Assembly: GCA_032718475.1 (NCBI GenBank)
Contig: JAUCBJ010005418.1
Coordinates: forward strand, 1 to 33,240
Source: Nemertoderma westbladi
Lineage: Eukaryota; Animalia; Xenacoelomorpha
DNA: 33,240 nucleotides
Direction of reading: 5' to 3'
The notes below the pieces were generated by a model that ran no database searches, was not told the origin of the DNA, and saw only the letters and a list, made by a program, of their open reading frames with translations. The position numbers and the translations under genes were made by a program. Below, in pieces: positions 1-11,389 of the stretch; within the stretch, counting starts at the first letter, position 1, and every line of letters begins with the position of its first letter.

Positions 1-828
1 TATTTTTATATTTTAGAAACTGTGATTTTGTATATTTTATAGACTTAAATCCCATTTTCTGGGAGCGGTGTAAAAGCTTCTGTGGGATATAACTGGCCCC
101 TTTTGCTTCGCAATCCAGTTTCCCCCCAGGCGCTGGAATACTCTAAAAAGGTTCTCTAACTGTATATATATTCCCCTCGCCCGCAAGGTACCGTTACAGG
201 TGTTTTAACGGACATAAAAGTCATTCTGCTATATACGTGTTTTGGCGGACATGGTAAGGCAAAAAACCTGTAATGCACCAACTACCTTTCACAGCTTAGC
301 CGTGATGATTCATATTACGACATCTAACAGCTGGTTGCTGACATGGAAACAGCCATTGGATGCATGGTTCTTTGTTTGGCTTGAGCCAATCAGAGCGATT
401 TTTCCTGTCGACGTGTAGCTTTTCGGTCGATCATAAGGAGAGTGTTCAGTCTTACTGCTTTTACTTGATACTTTGTTGTTATTGCTGTCTAAGCCAGAAA
501 CACCGGCTTTTTGGGAAGAACTCTAGTAAAACTGCTTAGATTATAGAAAGTATAACTGTTACCGGCGGTGTTACCTCACTTAATTTAACTGCACTAATCA
601 TATTGTTTGTACTGCTATTTAACGTCAGTTATTAATTGTATCTATTTGTTGATGGAAATATTGCTCTTTGGAGAATACGGATAAATCACCCAAAATTCCC
701 AATTTCTTGATACACTACAGGTTAGAGAGGCGGGCTATATATAACAATTGCGATTTATATCAATGTGGTGTGTATTGAATCTAATGTTATTTAGTAGACA
801 CTACCTGAGTCAATTGCTGTTCTCTTTA

Positions 829-975
829 TGTGTGATCAAATATACTGACGGTCGGCAGAATAGTGTGCATGATTGTGAGTGTGATGTGACTGGTAACAAA
901 GCATTTCCTAAAGAATGCGACTTATACTTTAATCATAAGCCTTATCGTTGCGTTTAGTATAAGTCCTAGCTCTGT
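829..975 (+). pseudogene. Possible degenerate copy of the Cys-rich exon family (cf. 6667-6888)
   Basis: CVIKYTDGRQNSVHDCEC...ECDLYF has the same spacing as CRGPLCQGIYGDHVSCPC...ECDVLL (second Cys replaced by Thr); stops follow. Confidence 0.3.
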
Positions 976-1301
976 TTAAATAGATAGAGCGCCACGTCCT
1001 AAAGGAACTGTTAATATTTCCCGAAAGTTAATAATATCTGTCAGAAATTAATTATTAACGATCTATCGAATAATACAGTAAGTTTACACTGCAACCTTAC
1101 ACTGCAATAATAAAATCTAAGCATCCGAATTCAGCCTCCCGGGTGTAGATCCATCGGGTGAATGATCGCGCATGGGCTGGCTTCGGCTAATGTTTTGTTT
1201 ATTAGCATAAAATATTGTCGTATGCTAAAGGTGTGTTAATTAACTAAAAGACATATAAATTTTGGCAGGTTAAACTGCTAAAGGTCTTCAAAAGCGCGAA
1301 C

Positions 1302-2293
1302 AGTTGGCTACATTAATGCCAACATTATTGCAAAATGTTTTATTGTTGGATTACTCTCTGTCAGTCACCCCTTCAGAACATTGTATAGGGAATTTACTTT
1401 AGTTTACTCTACTGTGCCATTCAGCTGAATGGATTTGAGCGATTGCCAAGTTACAGAGTTGGATCATTCTCTGACCATAGGCAAAGACATCAAATCTTTT
1501 TAAAAATATACTTTTTCCATGTTTTTTTTCTGACCAAAAATTTCAAAAAAAAATTTTTCGTAGCCACTACTGCCAATCGATTCGCCATCAAAAATAACGC
1601 AAAAAATTTTTTTTGCAAAATTTTAAATTACTGTAAATTTTTGGCGACTGGGGGGGGTCAATTTTTTTCGATCCGCTATAACTCCGGAACGCTTTATCCA
1701 AATTCGATGGGGTTTTCATTTTCAACTTAATTAGATGTCCTCTTTCAGCCTATCCATGTTTCCAAACCCCAAACAGCGCCGTTCAAAAAATAATTTTTTC
1801 CAGTTCTAGAATTTTACAAATTTAAAAAAAGTTGCAGTATTTTATTAACGCCTTTACGGAATTCGATAGCGTTTTCGATTTTTATATTAAACGCAATATC
1901 CTGAATCTCACTAGCCTAGTTTCGCGTCACCAACGCCAAGACTTCATACTTTTTGAGGAAAATTTTTCTAGAATAATTTTTATTTAATTACATTTATCGC
2001 GATTTCTTATTACTGGTTGCACATGAATTGATGGAGTTTTCAATTTATTAACTAAACACGATATCGCGCATCGCACCAGCGTGGTTTCGAAATTCCAAAA
2101 CGAGGTCTTCACTAGTTGCAGGTCGATTTTGTTCTAGAATTGAGTAACTAATAATAGATCGAATTTATTAATAATTATTGTATGAAATATGATTGTATTT
2201 TTACATAATTATTAGTTCTATAATAATTCTCGTTGTCTCTTTTATTTGAAATAAAAAGTCGGTTCCTTATCGGGCCGCTAGGCCCGTCACTAG
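1302..2293 (+). mobile_element. Non-autonomous Helentron/Helitron2 (DINE-1/HINE-like) element, unit 1, 5'-truncated
   Basis: Nearly identical to 2792-3784; ends with subterminal IR TCGGTTCCT (2259-2267), hairpin CGGGCC-GCTA-GGCCCG (2271-2286) and CTAG (2290-2293). Confidence 0.7.
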
Positions 2294-3784
2294 TTAGGAA
2301 CCGAGAGGTTCATTACTGTAAGAATTGTTGGCTGATTGATTGACTGGCTGGCTGGTTAATCTATAGCCAAAACTACTCTAACGATTTTGATGAAATTTTC
2401 ACAGCGGCTAGATACCGCGATTCTAAGGTCCCTGGTATGTTCCGCTATTTCGTCCATGAGCCGTGGGCTCGAAAAATGGACATAAACGAAAAAACGCCAT
2501 AGGCGCAATGGTAAAATAACACCAATAACAGCTGGTGTCGTGATGAAAAATGGCTTATGTAATGGATTTCTACACAAGGCTTAGTATAAATCGATGAGGT
2601 TGCCAAGATTATTGTACTCAGTACACCCATACTGTTTGTTTAGGCCCTAGGACACTCTGTCAAAGCAAATATTAACTGGTTGCTTTAGTTTGAAATCTAA
2701 TATCGCCTCAGCTGAATTACTCTTCCCAATGCATTGTATGGGAATATCTCACTCTGCTAATGTAAGCTGAATGACTGTTACTTACACAGTGAGTTGGCTA
2801 CATTAATGCCAACATTATTGCAAAATGTTTTATTGTTGGATTACTCTCTGTCAGTCACCCCTTCAGAACATTGTATAGGGAATTTACTTTAGTTTACTCT
2901 ACTGTGCCATTCAGCTGAATGGATTTGAGCGATTGCCAAGTACAGAGTTGGATCATTCCCTGACCATAGGCAAAGACATCAAATATTTTTAAAAATATAC
3001 TTTTTCCATGTTTTTTTTTCTGACCAAAAATTTCAAAAAAAAATTTTTCGTAGCCAGTACTGCCAATCGATTCGCCATCAAAAATAACGCAAAAAATTTT
3101 TTTTGCAAAATTTTAAATTACTGTAAATTTTTGGCGACTGGGGGGGGTAAATTTTTTTCGATCCGCTATAACTCCGGAACTCTTTGTCCAAATTCGATGG
3201 GGTTTTCATTTTTCAACTTAATTCGATGTCCTCTTTCAGCCTATCCATGTTTCGAAACCCCAAACAGCGCCGTTCAAAGATTATATTTTTCTAGTTCTAG
3301 AATTTTACAAATTTCAAAAAAGTTGCAGTATTTTATTAACGCCTTTACGGAATTCGATAGCGGTTTCGATTTTTATATTAAACGCAATATCCTGAATCTC
3401 ACTAGCCTAGTTTCGCGTCACCAATGCCAAGACTTCATACTTTTTGAGGAAAATTTTTCTAGAATAACTTGTATTTAATTACATTTATAGCGATTTCTTA
3501 TTACTGGTTGCACATGAATTGATAGAGTTTTCAATTTATTAACTAAACACGATATCGCGCATCGCACCAGTGTGGTTTCGAAATTCCAAAACGAGGTCTT
3601 CACTAGTTGCAGGTCGATTTTGTTCTAGAATTGAGCAACTATTAATAGATCGAATTTATTAATAATTATTGTATGAAATATGATTGTATTTTTACATAAT
3701 TATTAGTTCTATACTAATTCTCGTTGTCTCTTTAATTTAAAATAAAAAGTCGGTTCCTTATAGGGCCGCTAGGCCCGTCACTAG
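2294..3784 (+). mobile_element. Non-autonomous Helentron/Helitron2 (DINE-1/HINE-like) element, unit 2, complete (1491 bp)
   Basis: Starts TT-AGGAACCGA with 5' hairpin GAACC-GAGA-GGTTC, then a short GATT/GACT/GGCT microsatellite and CGATTTTGATGAAATTT; ends with inverted TCGGTTCCT, GC hairpin and CTAG (3781-3784). Confidence 0.75.
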
Positions 3785-4624
3785 TTAGGAACCGAGAGGT
3801 TCATTACTGTAAGAATTGCTCGTGACTGACTGGCTGGCTGACTGACTGATCTACAGCCAAAACTACTCTAACGATTTTGATGAAATTTTCACAGCGGCTA
3901 GATACCGCGATTCTAAGGTCCCTGGTATGTTCCGCTATTTCGTCCATGAGCCGTGGGCTCGAAAAATGGACATAAACGAAAAAACGCCATAGGCGCAATG
4001 ATAAAAACACCAGCTGGCACTCATGAAAAATGGATAGAGATGGCCTAGTAATGCTATTCTATAGGAATGGCCACCTAACAAGGAAATGCTTTCTGTGCCA
4101 AGTATTATCCTCACTCTACAACTCAGACAGTAAGCAAACATAAGCTGTGGGCTTCTAATGTATTACATCATAAGCTGATTGCTCTCCCAATAGCCCTCAC
4201 ACACTCACTGAATCGAATGAAATCGAATATCTATTAGCTTAATGCGAATAGCTGGTAAGCTGAATGCCATTTTAGTTATTGTGTACTGTTGATTGCAGTG
4301 TTGACTGCTATGTTGTATGTATTTAATTAAAATAATTTTGTAGAGGGAAGTTAATTTGGGATTACTTTCTATCAGATATAAGCAAAGCTGTTCAATGGGG
4401 TGGGTCATGGGACCCAAATATAGTAGATTATGCATGGCAAACATTAATAAAATCATTCAGTCAACCTGTAGGGTATTTGCTTAGTTAACTCTACTGTGCG
4501 AAAAACGAATTTATAATGTTACCCATACTTCAGGTGAATGAATTTTTAGATATTTGTACTGAAGGCAAGGATTTCTGATATAATTAAAATACAAGACAGG
4601 GGGCTTGTTTCGATATATGTAGTT

Positions 4625-4860
4625 GCGCCCTTCTAGCAGCACGTGAGATAATCAAGTAATAGACACAATGTTTGACTTTGTCCCTTCGAGCAGCACGTGA
4701 GTTTTGCTTTGAACCTTCGATATATGTATTTGCGCCCTTTGAGCAGCACGTGAATTACATCAAATAATAGACACATTGTTTGACTTTGTCCCTTCGAGCA
4801 GCACATGAGTTTTGCTTTGACCCTTTGATATATGTTTTTGCGCCCTTCGAGCAGCACGGG
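4625..4860. repeat. Minisatellite, ~108-bp dimeric unit
   Basis: Core CCCTTCGAGCAGCACGTGAG occurs 5 times about 54 bp apart (~4628, 4682, 4735, 4790, 4843); intervening segments alternate A/B. Confidence 0.9.
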
Positions 4861-4871
4861 GAGTCGACTCA

Positions 4872-6500
4872 GACCAAGCCGAGCCGAGCCGTGCCGAGCC
4901 GAGCCGAGCCGAGCCGAGCCGAGCCAAGCCGAGCCGAGCCGAGTCGAGCCGAGCCGAGCCGAGCCGAGCCGAGCCGAGCCGAGCCGAGCCGAACCAAGCC
5001 GAGCCGAGCCGAGCCGAGCCGAGCCGAGCCGAGCTGAGCCGAGCCGAGCCGAGCCGAGCCGAGCCGAGCCGAGCCGAGCCGAGCCGAGCCGAGCCGAGCC
5101 GAGCCGAGCCGAGCCGAGCCGAGCCAAGCCGAGCCGAGCCGAGCCGAGCCGAGCCGAGCCGAGCCAAGCCGAACCAAGCCGAGCTGAGCCGAGCCGAGCC
5201 GAGCCGAGCCAAGCCAAGCCGAGCCGAGCCGAGCCGAGCCGAGCCGAGCCGAACCAAGCCGAGCCGAGCCGAGCCGAGCCGAGCCGAACCGAGCCGAACC
5301 GAGCCAAGCCGAGCCGAGCCGAGCCGAGCCGAGCCGAGCCGAACCAAGCCGAGCCGAGCCGAGCCGAGCCGAGCCGAGCCGAGCTGAGCCGAGCCGAGCC
5401 GAGCCGAGCCGAGCCGAGCCGAGCCGAGCCGAGCCGAGCCGAGCCGAGCCGAGCCGAGCCGAGCCGAGCCGAGCCGAGCCGAGCCGAGCCGAGCCAAGCC
5501 GAGCCGAGCCGAGCCGAGCCGAGCCGAGCCAAGCCGAACCAAGCCGAGCTGAGCCGAGCCGTGCCGAGCCGAGCCGAGCCAAGCCAAGCCGAGCCGAGCC
5601 GAGCCGAGCCGAGCCGAGCCGAGCCGAACCAAGCCGAGCCGAGCCGAGCCGAGCCGAACCGAGCCGAACCGAGCCAAGCCGAGCCGAGCCGAGCCGAGCC
5701 GAGCCGAGCCGAGCCGAGCCGAGCCGAGCCAAGCCGAGCCGAACCGAGCCGAGCCAAGCCGTGCCGTGCCGAGCCGAGCCGAACCGAGTCGAGCCGAGCC
5801 GAGCCGAGCCGAACCAAGCCGAGCCGAGCCGAGCCGAGCCGAGCCGAGCCGAGCCGAGCTGAGCCGAGCCGAGCCGAGCCGAGCCGAACCAAGCCGAGCC
5901 GAGCCGAGCCGTGCCGAGCCGAGCCGAGCCGAGCCGAGCCGAACCGAGCCGAACCAAGAGGAGCCGAGCCGAGCCGAGCCGAGCCGAACTGAGCCGAGCC
6001 GAGCCGAACCGAGCCAAGCCGAGCCGTGCCGTGCCGAGCCGAGCCGAGCCGAGCCAAGCCGTGCCGAGCCGAGTTGAGCCGAGCCGAGCCGAACCAAGCC
6101 GAGCCGAGCCGAGCCGAGCCGAGCCGAGCCGAGCCGAGCCGAGCCGAGCCGAGCCGTGCCGAGCCGAGCCGAGCCGAGCCGAGCCGAGCCGAACCAAGCC
6201 GAGCCGAGCCGAGCCGAACCAAGCCGAGCCGAGCCGAGCCGAGCTGTGCCGAGCCGAGCCGAGCCGAGCCGAGCCGAGCCGAGCCGAGCCGAGCCGAGCC
6301 GAGCCGAACCAAGCCAAGCCGAGCCGAGCTGTGCCGAGCCGAGCCGAGCCGAGCCGAGCCGAGCCGAGCCGAGCCGAGCCGAGCCGAGCCGAGCCGAGCC
6401 GAGCCGAACCGAGCGAAGCCGAACCGATCCGAGCCGAGCCGAGCCGATCAAGCCAAGTCGAACTTAATCGTGCCCAATCGTGCAAGACCGAGCCGAGCTC
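4872..6500. repeat. (GAGCC)n pentanucleotide microsatellite, ~1.6 kb
   Basis: Directly visible, with AAGCC, GAACC, GTGCC and GAGCT variants. Confidence 0.99.
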
Positions 6501-6666
6501 GTTGTCTCTTTTATTTGAAATAAAAAGTCGGTTCCTTATCGGTCCGCTAGGCCCGTCACTAGTTTTTAATATCAAAATTAAATTGGTCTATTACAAAAAC
6601 TTTTTATTTATAAACTTAAAACACCGTATAACGGAAAATATTATACTTTCAGTAGGGAATACTTAC

Positions 6667-6888
6667 AACCATATCCTCCTCCGCAATAAACAGGTTACTG
6701 AATCCAACCGACGAAAAGGGGATAGGTATTAACCTATCCCCATCTTTATCATACAGGTCTAATAAGACGTCGCATTCTATTATCCACTGTTTAAGCCCCA
6801 CCTTGGATATGCGGAAACAAGGGCAAGATACGTGATCTCCATATATGCCCTGGCACAATGGCCCACGGCAATTGTGAACCATTTTTGC
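6667..6888 (-). CDS. Internal exon (74 codons) of an unknown Cys-rich, putative Zn-binding protein
   Basis: tttag| acceptor and |gtaagt donor, phase 0/0; AKMVHNCRGPLCQGIYGDHVSCPCF...WIIECDVLL...FSSVGFSNLF (C-x4-C-x9-C-x-C). Confidence 0.6.
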
Positions 6889-7239
6889 CTAAAGGTAAAT
6901 AGTTTAATATTCAGATAAATACTAAATATTGCATTAAAATAATTAGCTCGACACATATTCCATTATACGTTGCAGACTCATTCCATGTAAAGTGCGGGAC
7001 ATTCGTACGACTTTTTGTGCATACTTTAGCACTGTACATCAAGATAATGAACTAAAATATTATAATGCTTGTGTTTCTTACAAAAACTATTATTAGTTCT
7101 TTATAAAAAAGCAGTATGGAAAACCTTCAGCAGTTTATGTCTCAGAATTATTGCTTCAAAAAATTTTAAAGTGCGGGACGCGTACGAAAGTGAAATTCCA
7201 AACTGTCAAATTCTTTGCTAAAGTTAGTAAATTCAGCCA

Positions 7240-7416
7240 ACGAAAAGGGATAGGTATTACCCTATCCCCATCTTTATCATAAACGTCTAATATTACGTCA
7301 CATTCAATTATCCATTACCTCTGCCCTACCTTTGACGTGCGAAAACAAGGGCAGGATGCATAATCGCCATAGATTCCCTGGCATAATGCCCCAAGGCAAT
7401 TATTAATCATTTTTGC
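7240..7416 (-). pseudogene. Duplicated, disabled copy of the 6667-6888 exon
   Basis: ~6705-6975 is duplicated at ~7237-7503; reads AKMINNCLGALCQGIYGDYASCPCFRTSKVGQR*WIIECDVILDVYDKDGDRVIPIPF, with an in-frame stop and truncation. Confidence 0.7.
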
Positions 7417-7611
7417 CTAAACGTAAATAATTTAATATTCAGATAAAATAATAAATAATGCATTACAATAATTAGCCCGACACATATTCCATTATACGTT
7501 GCATAGAAGTATATATTATGAATTAAATAGTATCATTTAACCCTTTCGGTACCTAACTGGAAAATATTCAAACCCCCAAGTGCCCAACTCTAATTCATGA
7601 ATTTCTGAAGG

Positions 7612-8215
7612 CTATCAGTCTTTCTGTCAGTTTGTCTGTCAAGACTTTAGAAATAATAAAATCTATTAACTTTCTCGCTATGGAGCTTTTCCTTGTCAAG
7701 GATTTCATTTCCGCTGTCAGTTTTTACTTTTGACACTATCCAGAGTGTCTATCGGTCTGTCTGTCAATCTGTCCGTCAAAAGTATAAGGAATCACATTAG
7801 CTAATTATAATTCTCGCTATGGGGGTTTTGTTGGTCAAGGATTTTACTTCCGTTGTTGGTTTTCACTTTTGAGTCTATCCAGATTGTCTGTTGGTCTGTT
7901 TGTCGGTTTGTCTGTCGGACTGTCCCTCCGTCAAAACTATATGGAATCACATTAACTAATTAAAATTCACTCTATGGGGGTTTTCATGGTCAAGGATTTC
8001 ATTTCCGCTGTGATTTTTCACTTTTGACCTAATTCAGACTGTCTGTCGGTCTGTTTGTCAGTCTGTCTGTCCGTTAAAAATATACGGAATCACATTAGCT
8101 AATTAAAATTATCTCTATGGGGGTTTTCCTGGTCAAGGATTTCATTTTCTCTGTCAGTTTTGACTTTTGACCCTATCCAGACTGTCTGTCGGTCTGTCTG
8201 TCGCTCAGTCTGTTT
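7612..8215. repeat. Tandem repeat, 4 copies of ~140-155 bp with (GTCT)n tracts
   Basis: Anchor TATGGGGGTTTT..GGTCAAGGATTTCATTTCCGCTG (with variants) at ~7679, 7818, 7972, 8116. Confidence 0.85.
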
Positions 8216-8649
8216 AGACTTTTTTGTTTACGCTGTTTATTCAGTTAAGGCCTACCTTACTGCAGACTGCCTTATTCTGTTATTGCAAAAGTCTGGGAGT
8301 CTGTAAGCAGTTCTGCAGTAGCAGTAGGCCTACCGTTGTTAAATTACAGTAGATACAAGCTGAAATGCGTCGCTAACATATAGAAGCATGTACTTAAGAG
8401 TCCAACAACATTTTCCCTTCTTAGAAATCAAATAAATTTCATGGAAAAGACGTGTGTGTCATGGCGCAATACCAATGGAACAGACGTATGTGCCCAAGTG
8501 ACCAAACTCTAATTCATGTTTGTATTTGTATTTGCATTTGTGTTTGAATTGAACATTTTTCGACCACAGAACTTATAAAGTGCTAACTCAACGACATTGC
8601 ATTGATTATAAAATACAGTTTAGTTGAGTTTAAGTCTATTTGGCGTCTG

Positions 8650-9610
8650 ATCTCATCCACAACATATTGGATAATGTGTTTGCTTTGAATATTTCGCGAC
8701 AGCAAAAATTGTCAATGCTAACTGGAAGAGAATGTTTTATGGTAATACATTGATTGTCTTAAATTCGTTTGCAATTAAGCATTCAATTTAGCCACCAGTA
8801 GCACAATCATGTCGTCTATGTTTCCCTTTTAATAATTACATTTCCTTAGGCTGTGGTTAAAGTTTCTTTTGCAGCATTTACAACAGTAAATTTTAATTTC
8901 AAAAACTATTTTTTTTTATTAATTTGAGTTGACCTGATAATGGAATTGTATAAAATTAATAATTTTTAAAATTATATATCATATCTCTTACAAAGGTCCT
9001 ACATGATTCTAGTATAGGCCTATGTTAAAGTGAAGCGGGGGGAATAACATTACACATACAGTACAGTAAGTACGTAATTAAGCTCGATTTCTCCTGCCGG
9101 GGTATTATTAAATAACTAAATTTGAGTTGAGCTGATATTGTAACTACTGTAGGAAAATTATGTAATCATAAGGCATTTAGGCTGCGCTGGTTCAAATCTT
9201 AAAAAAGTCATTCCACAATTTTTCATTTTTATAAAACACCTCATTATATTTTATTTATAAGCAAATCGGTTTTATCAGTTTTAATCCGATAGGACATAAC
9301 ATGTCAGAAAAACAGTAATGTACAATATCTTAAATTGGTCGTAGATTCAAATTACTCAATAGGTGGATACTATCGTTTTAAAAGCCTATTTATAATTATT
9401 CTACTAACTAAGAAAGAGTTAAATTCATTGAAAGTGAAAATTTTTTAGGTGTTTTCTCAATAAATTAATTGCTAAATAAAATAATATGCATCATATAAAG
9501 AGACAAGCAATGTAATTTCCAAAAGCAAGTTTTCGAATTAGCACTTTATAAATTCTGCTATCGCGAAATATTCAAAACAAACACACTATCCAATATGTTA
9601 GCGATCAGCC
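8650..9610. mobile_element. Possible MITE/foldback remnant bounded by ~65-bp imperfect inverted repeats
   Basis: AACATATTGGATAATGTGTTTGCTTTGAATATTTCGCGA (from 8661) is inverted at ~9561-9599; a degenerate direct copy lies at ~8540-8600. Confidence 0.45.
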
Positions 9611-9635
9611 AACATATAAAATAAAGCAATATGTA

Positions 9636-10283
9636 TTTAGGAGCCCGCTTGACAGCGGGATACTTACTGTAAGAATCTTCAGGATACATTACACTGACTG
9701 ACATACTGACTGATAATTATCTAGGTTAAGGCACTTCCTGCCTGGCGATTTTGATGAAATTTTGCAAGTACATTGCTTTGGTGGTTCATAATCGCGTTAC
9801 AAAATTTCAGATCGATTCTATGTGTGGTATTCGATATATTTAGTTTTTTGACATTGTTTTGTCGCGAAATTAAAAGCAATGGTAAAATAACAGCTGGTGT
9901 TCATGATGAAATATGGCTCAATATGTTATACACAGTCATAGAAAAACGTGTTGGTTGCCAAGTTTTACTAGTAGTCTATAAGGAAAGGCAATGTTTACTC
10001 ACACATAAGCTGTTGGTTTCTAATGTATTACCCCATAAGCTGATTGCTCTCCCAGTGCTTCCTAAGGGTATATCTACAATAACGTTACTCACTCTGCTAT
10101 GTTAGGGGGTGGATCAGGAGAATGAATTTTAGTTACACAAAGCAGTGTGTTGTGTCCTATTGCAGTCGATACTCACTGTGGATTGCAAAATGTTTTATAG
10201 TTGACCTACACTATAATACAGTAGTTGCATGTATTTAAGGAGCCCGCTCTGGCTTACTGCCTAACTTAGCAGTAATACCTATA
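9636..10283 (+). mobile_element. Diverged DINE-1/HINE-like element related to the units at 2294-6562
   Basis: TTAGGAGCCCGC start with hairpin CCCGCT-TGAC-AGCGGG; shared TTACTGTAAGAAT, (GACT)n, CGATTTTGATGAAATTTT and CATAAGCTGATTGCTCTCCCA; 3' stem-loop TTACTGC...GCAGTAA. Confidence 0.55.
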
Positions 10284-11389
10284 TTACATATTCACATATT
10301 AAAAATATTCTTATTTTTTTTATTACATACGATTTTTTAGCTGAAGCATTAATAGTGTAAATTAATTTAATTATATTTTAATACCATTACTACATTGGCA
10401 TACTGTAAGATAAGTTTTAATATTTCTTACAAATAGTGGTGCGAGCATAAATCAAATCACGCAAATTTAAAAGAACCGCGTGTGTTGTCATAGCAAAGTT
10501 TCAGTTTTTATTATGTGGGACGAGCCACAAAGTACTGCTGAGAAAGACTGAAAGGTTTAAAGACTGTATGTCAACAATGTTATTATTATTATAGTCTGCG
10601 CCACAAACAGAATATGCCAAATAATTAAATTAGAAATATGAATTTCAGAAAAATAACTATCGGACTTGGCTGAAGAAATCGAATTATAATCCACTTAGTT
10701 TGTTATATTGATGATATTATTACTCTCTGGGAATGTGTTGGAATGGGAGATTGTAAATTATTATTGAACAGTAAATATTACATATCCCATAAAAGTCGTC
10801 ATAATTAATTGTGTAGAAACAATTGTTCACCTTCTCGTTTAGATTAATTAGTAAATAAATAAATTAGTTTAGATATTTTCTGTTAGCGAATTTATTTCGA
10901 ATAATAAAAAAGTGTGTAGGCCGATTGTATGGTTGTTTAATTTGCGTTATGATTTTTCGCCATGACCTAGACTTCTATTAATTGTTAAATCGAATGGTTT
11001 TCAAAAAGAAAGGTAACCGTACCTGTACTGGTAAATCTAACTTGTTATTTATCTGGTTGTGAATCATGGGCATTTTCTTATAAATATTCGGTTGTTAGTG
11101 GCAGCAAAGTTTCATTTTTTATTATGAGGGGCAAGCCACAAAGTCAGCTATGTATCATCACACCATTTAGACAATTGTTTAGTTTAGTATTGGCTAGGAT
11201 TCTTCCCCCTGGGCTCCTTCCAGCCAGCTTGCTGGCTCTCTAGTTGTTAACAATGTAATGTATTCGCGTTAGCACTTTAATATTACATAAAATAATATCC
11301 AAAACAAACAAACTAGTCGTATATAAAATTTACCATATAAATAGCCATATATATTGGCCAAGCGATGTTCTAACCCTATATTATGTGTA

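Larger units (their letters stand above)
3785..6562 (+). mobile_element. Non-autonomous Helentron/Helitron2-like element, unit 3 (2778 bp), carrying a minisatellite and the (GAGCC)n array
   Basis: First ~230 bp and last ~65 bp (subTIR, hairpin, CTAG 6559-6562, then TTTTT) match unit 2; the interior differs. Confidence 0.7.

Noticed and set aside
1443-4141. ORFs inside the duplicated units
   Set aside because: Frames differ between near-identical copies and composition is F/K-biased from homopolymer runs.
4625-4860. CRISPR-like repeat-spacer appearance
   Set aside because: The spacers repeat alternately, there are no cas genes, and the context is eukaryotic.
4633-6732. Long ORFs of up to 568 aa (LGSAR/AEPSR repeats)
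   Set aside because: Artefacts of a stop-free pentamer repeat that is open in most frames on both strands.
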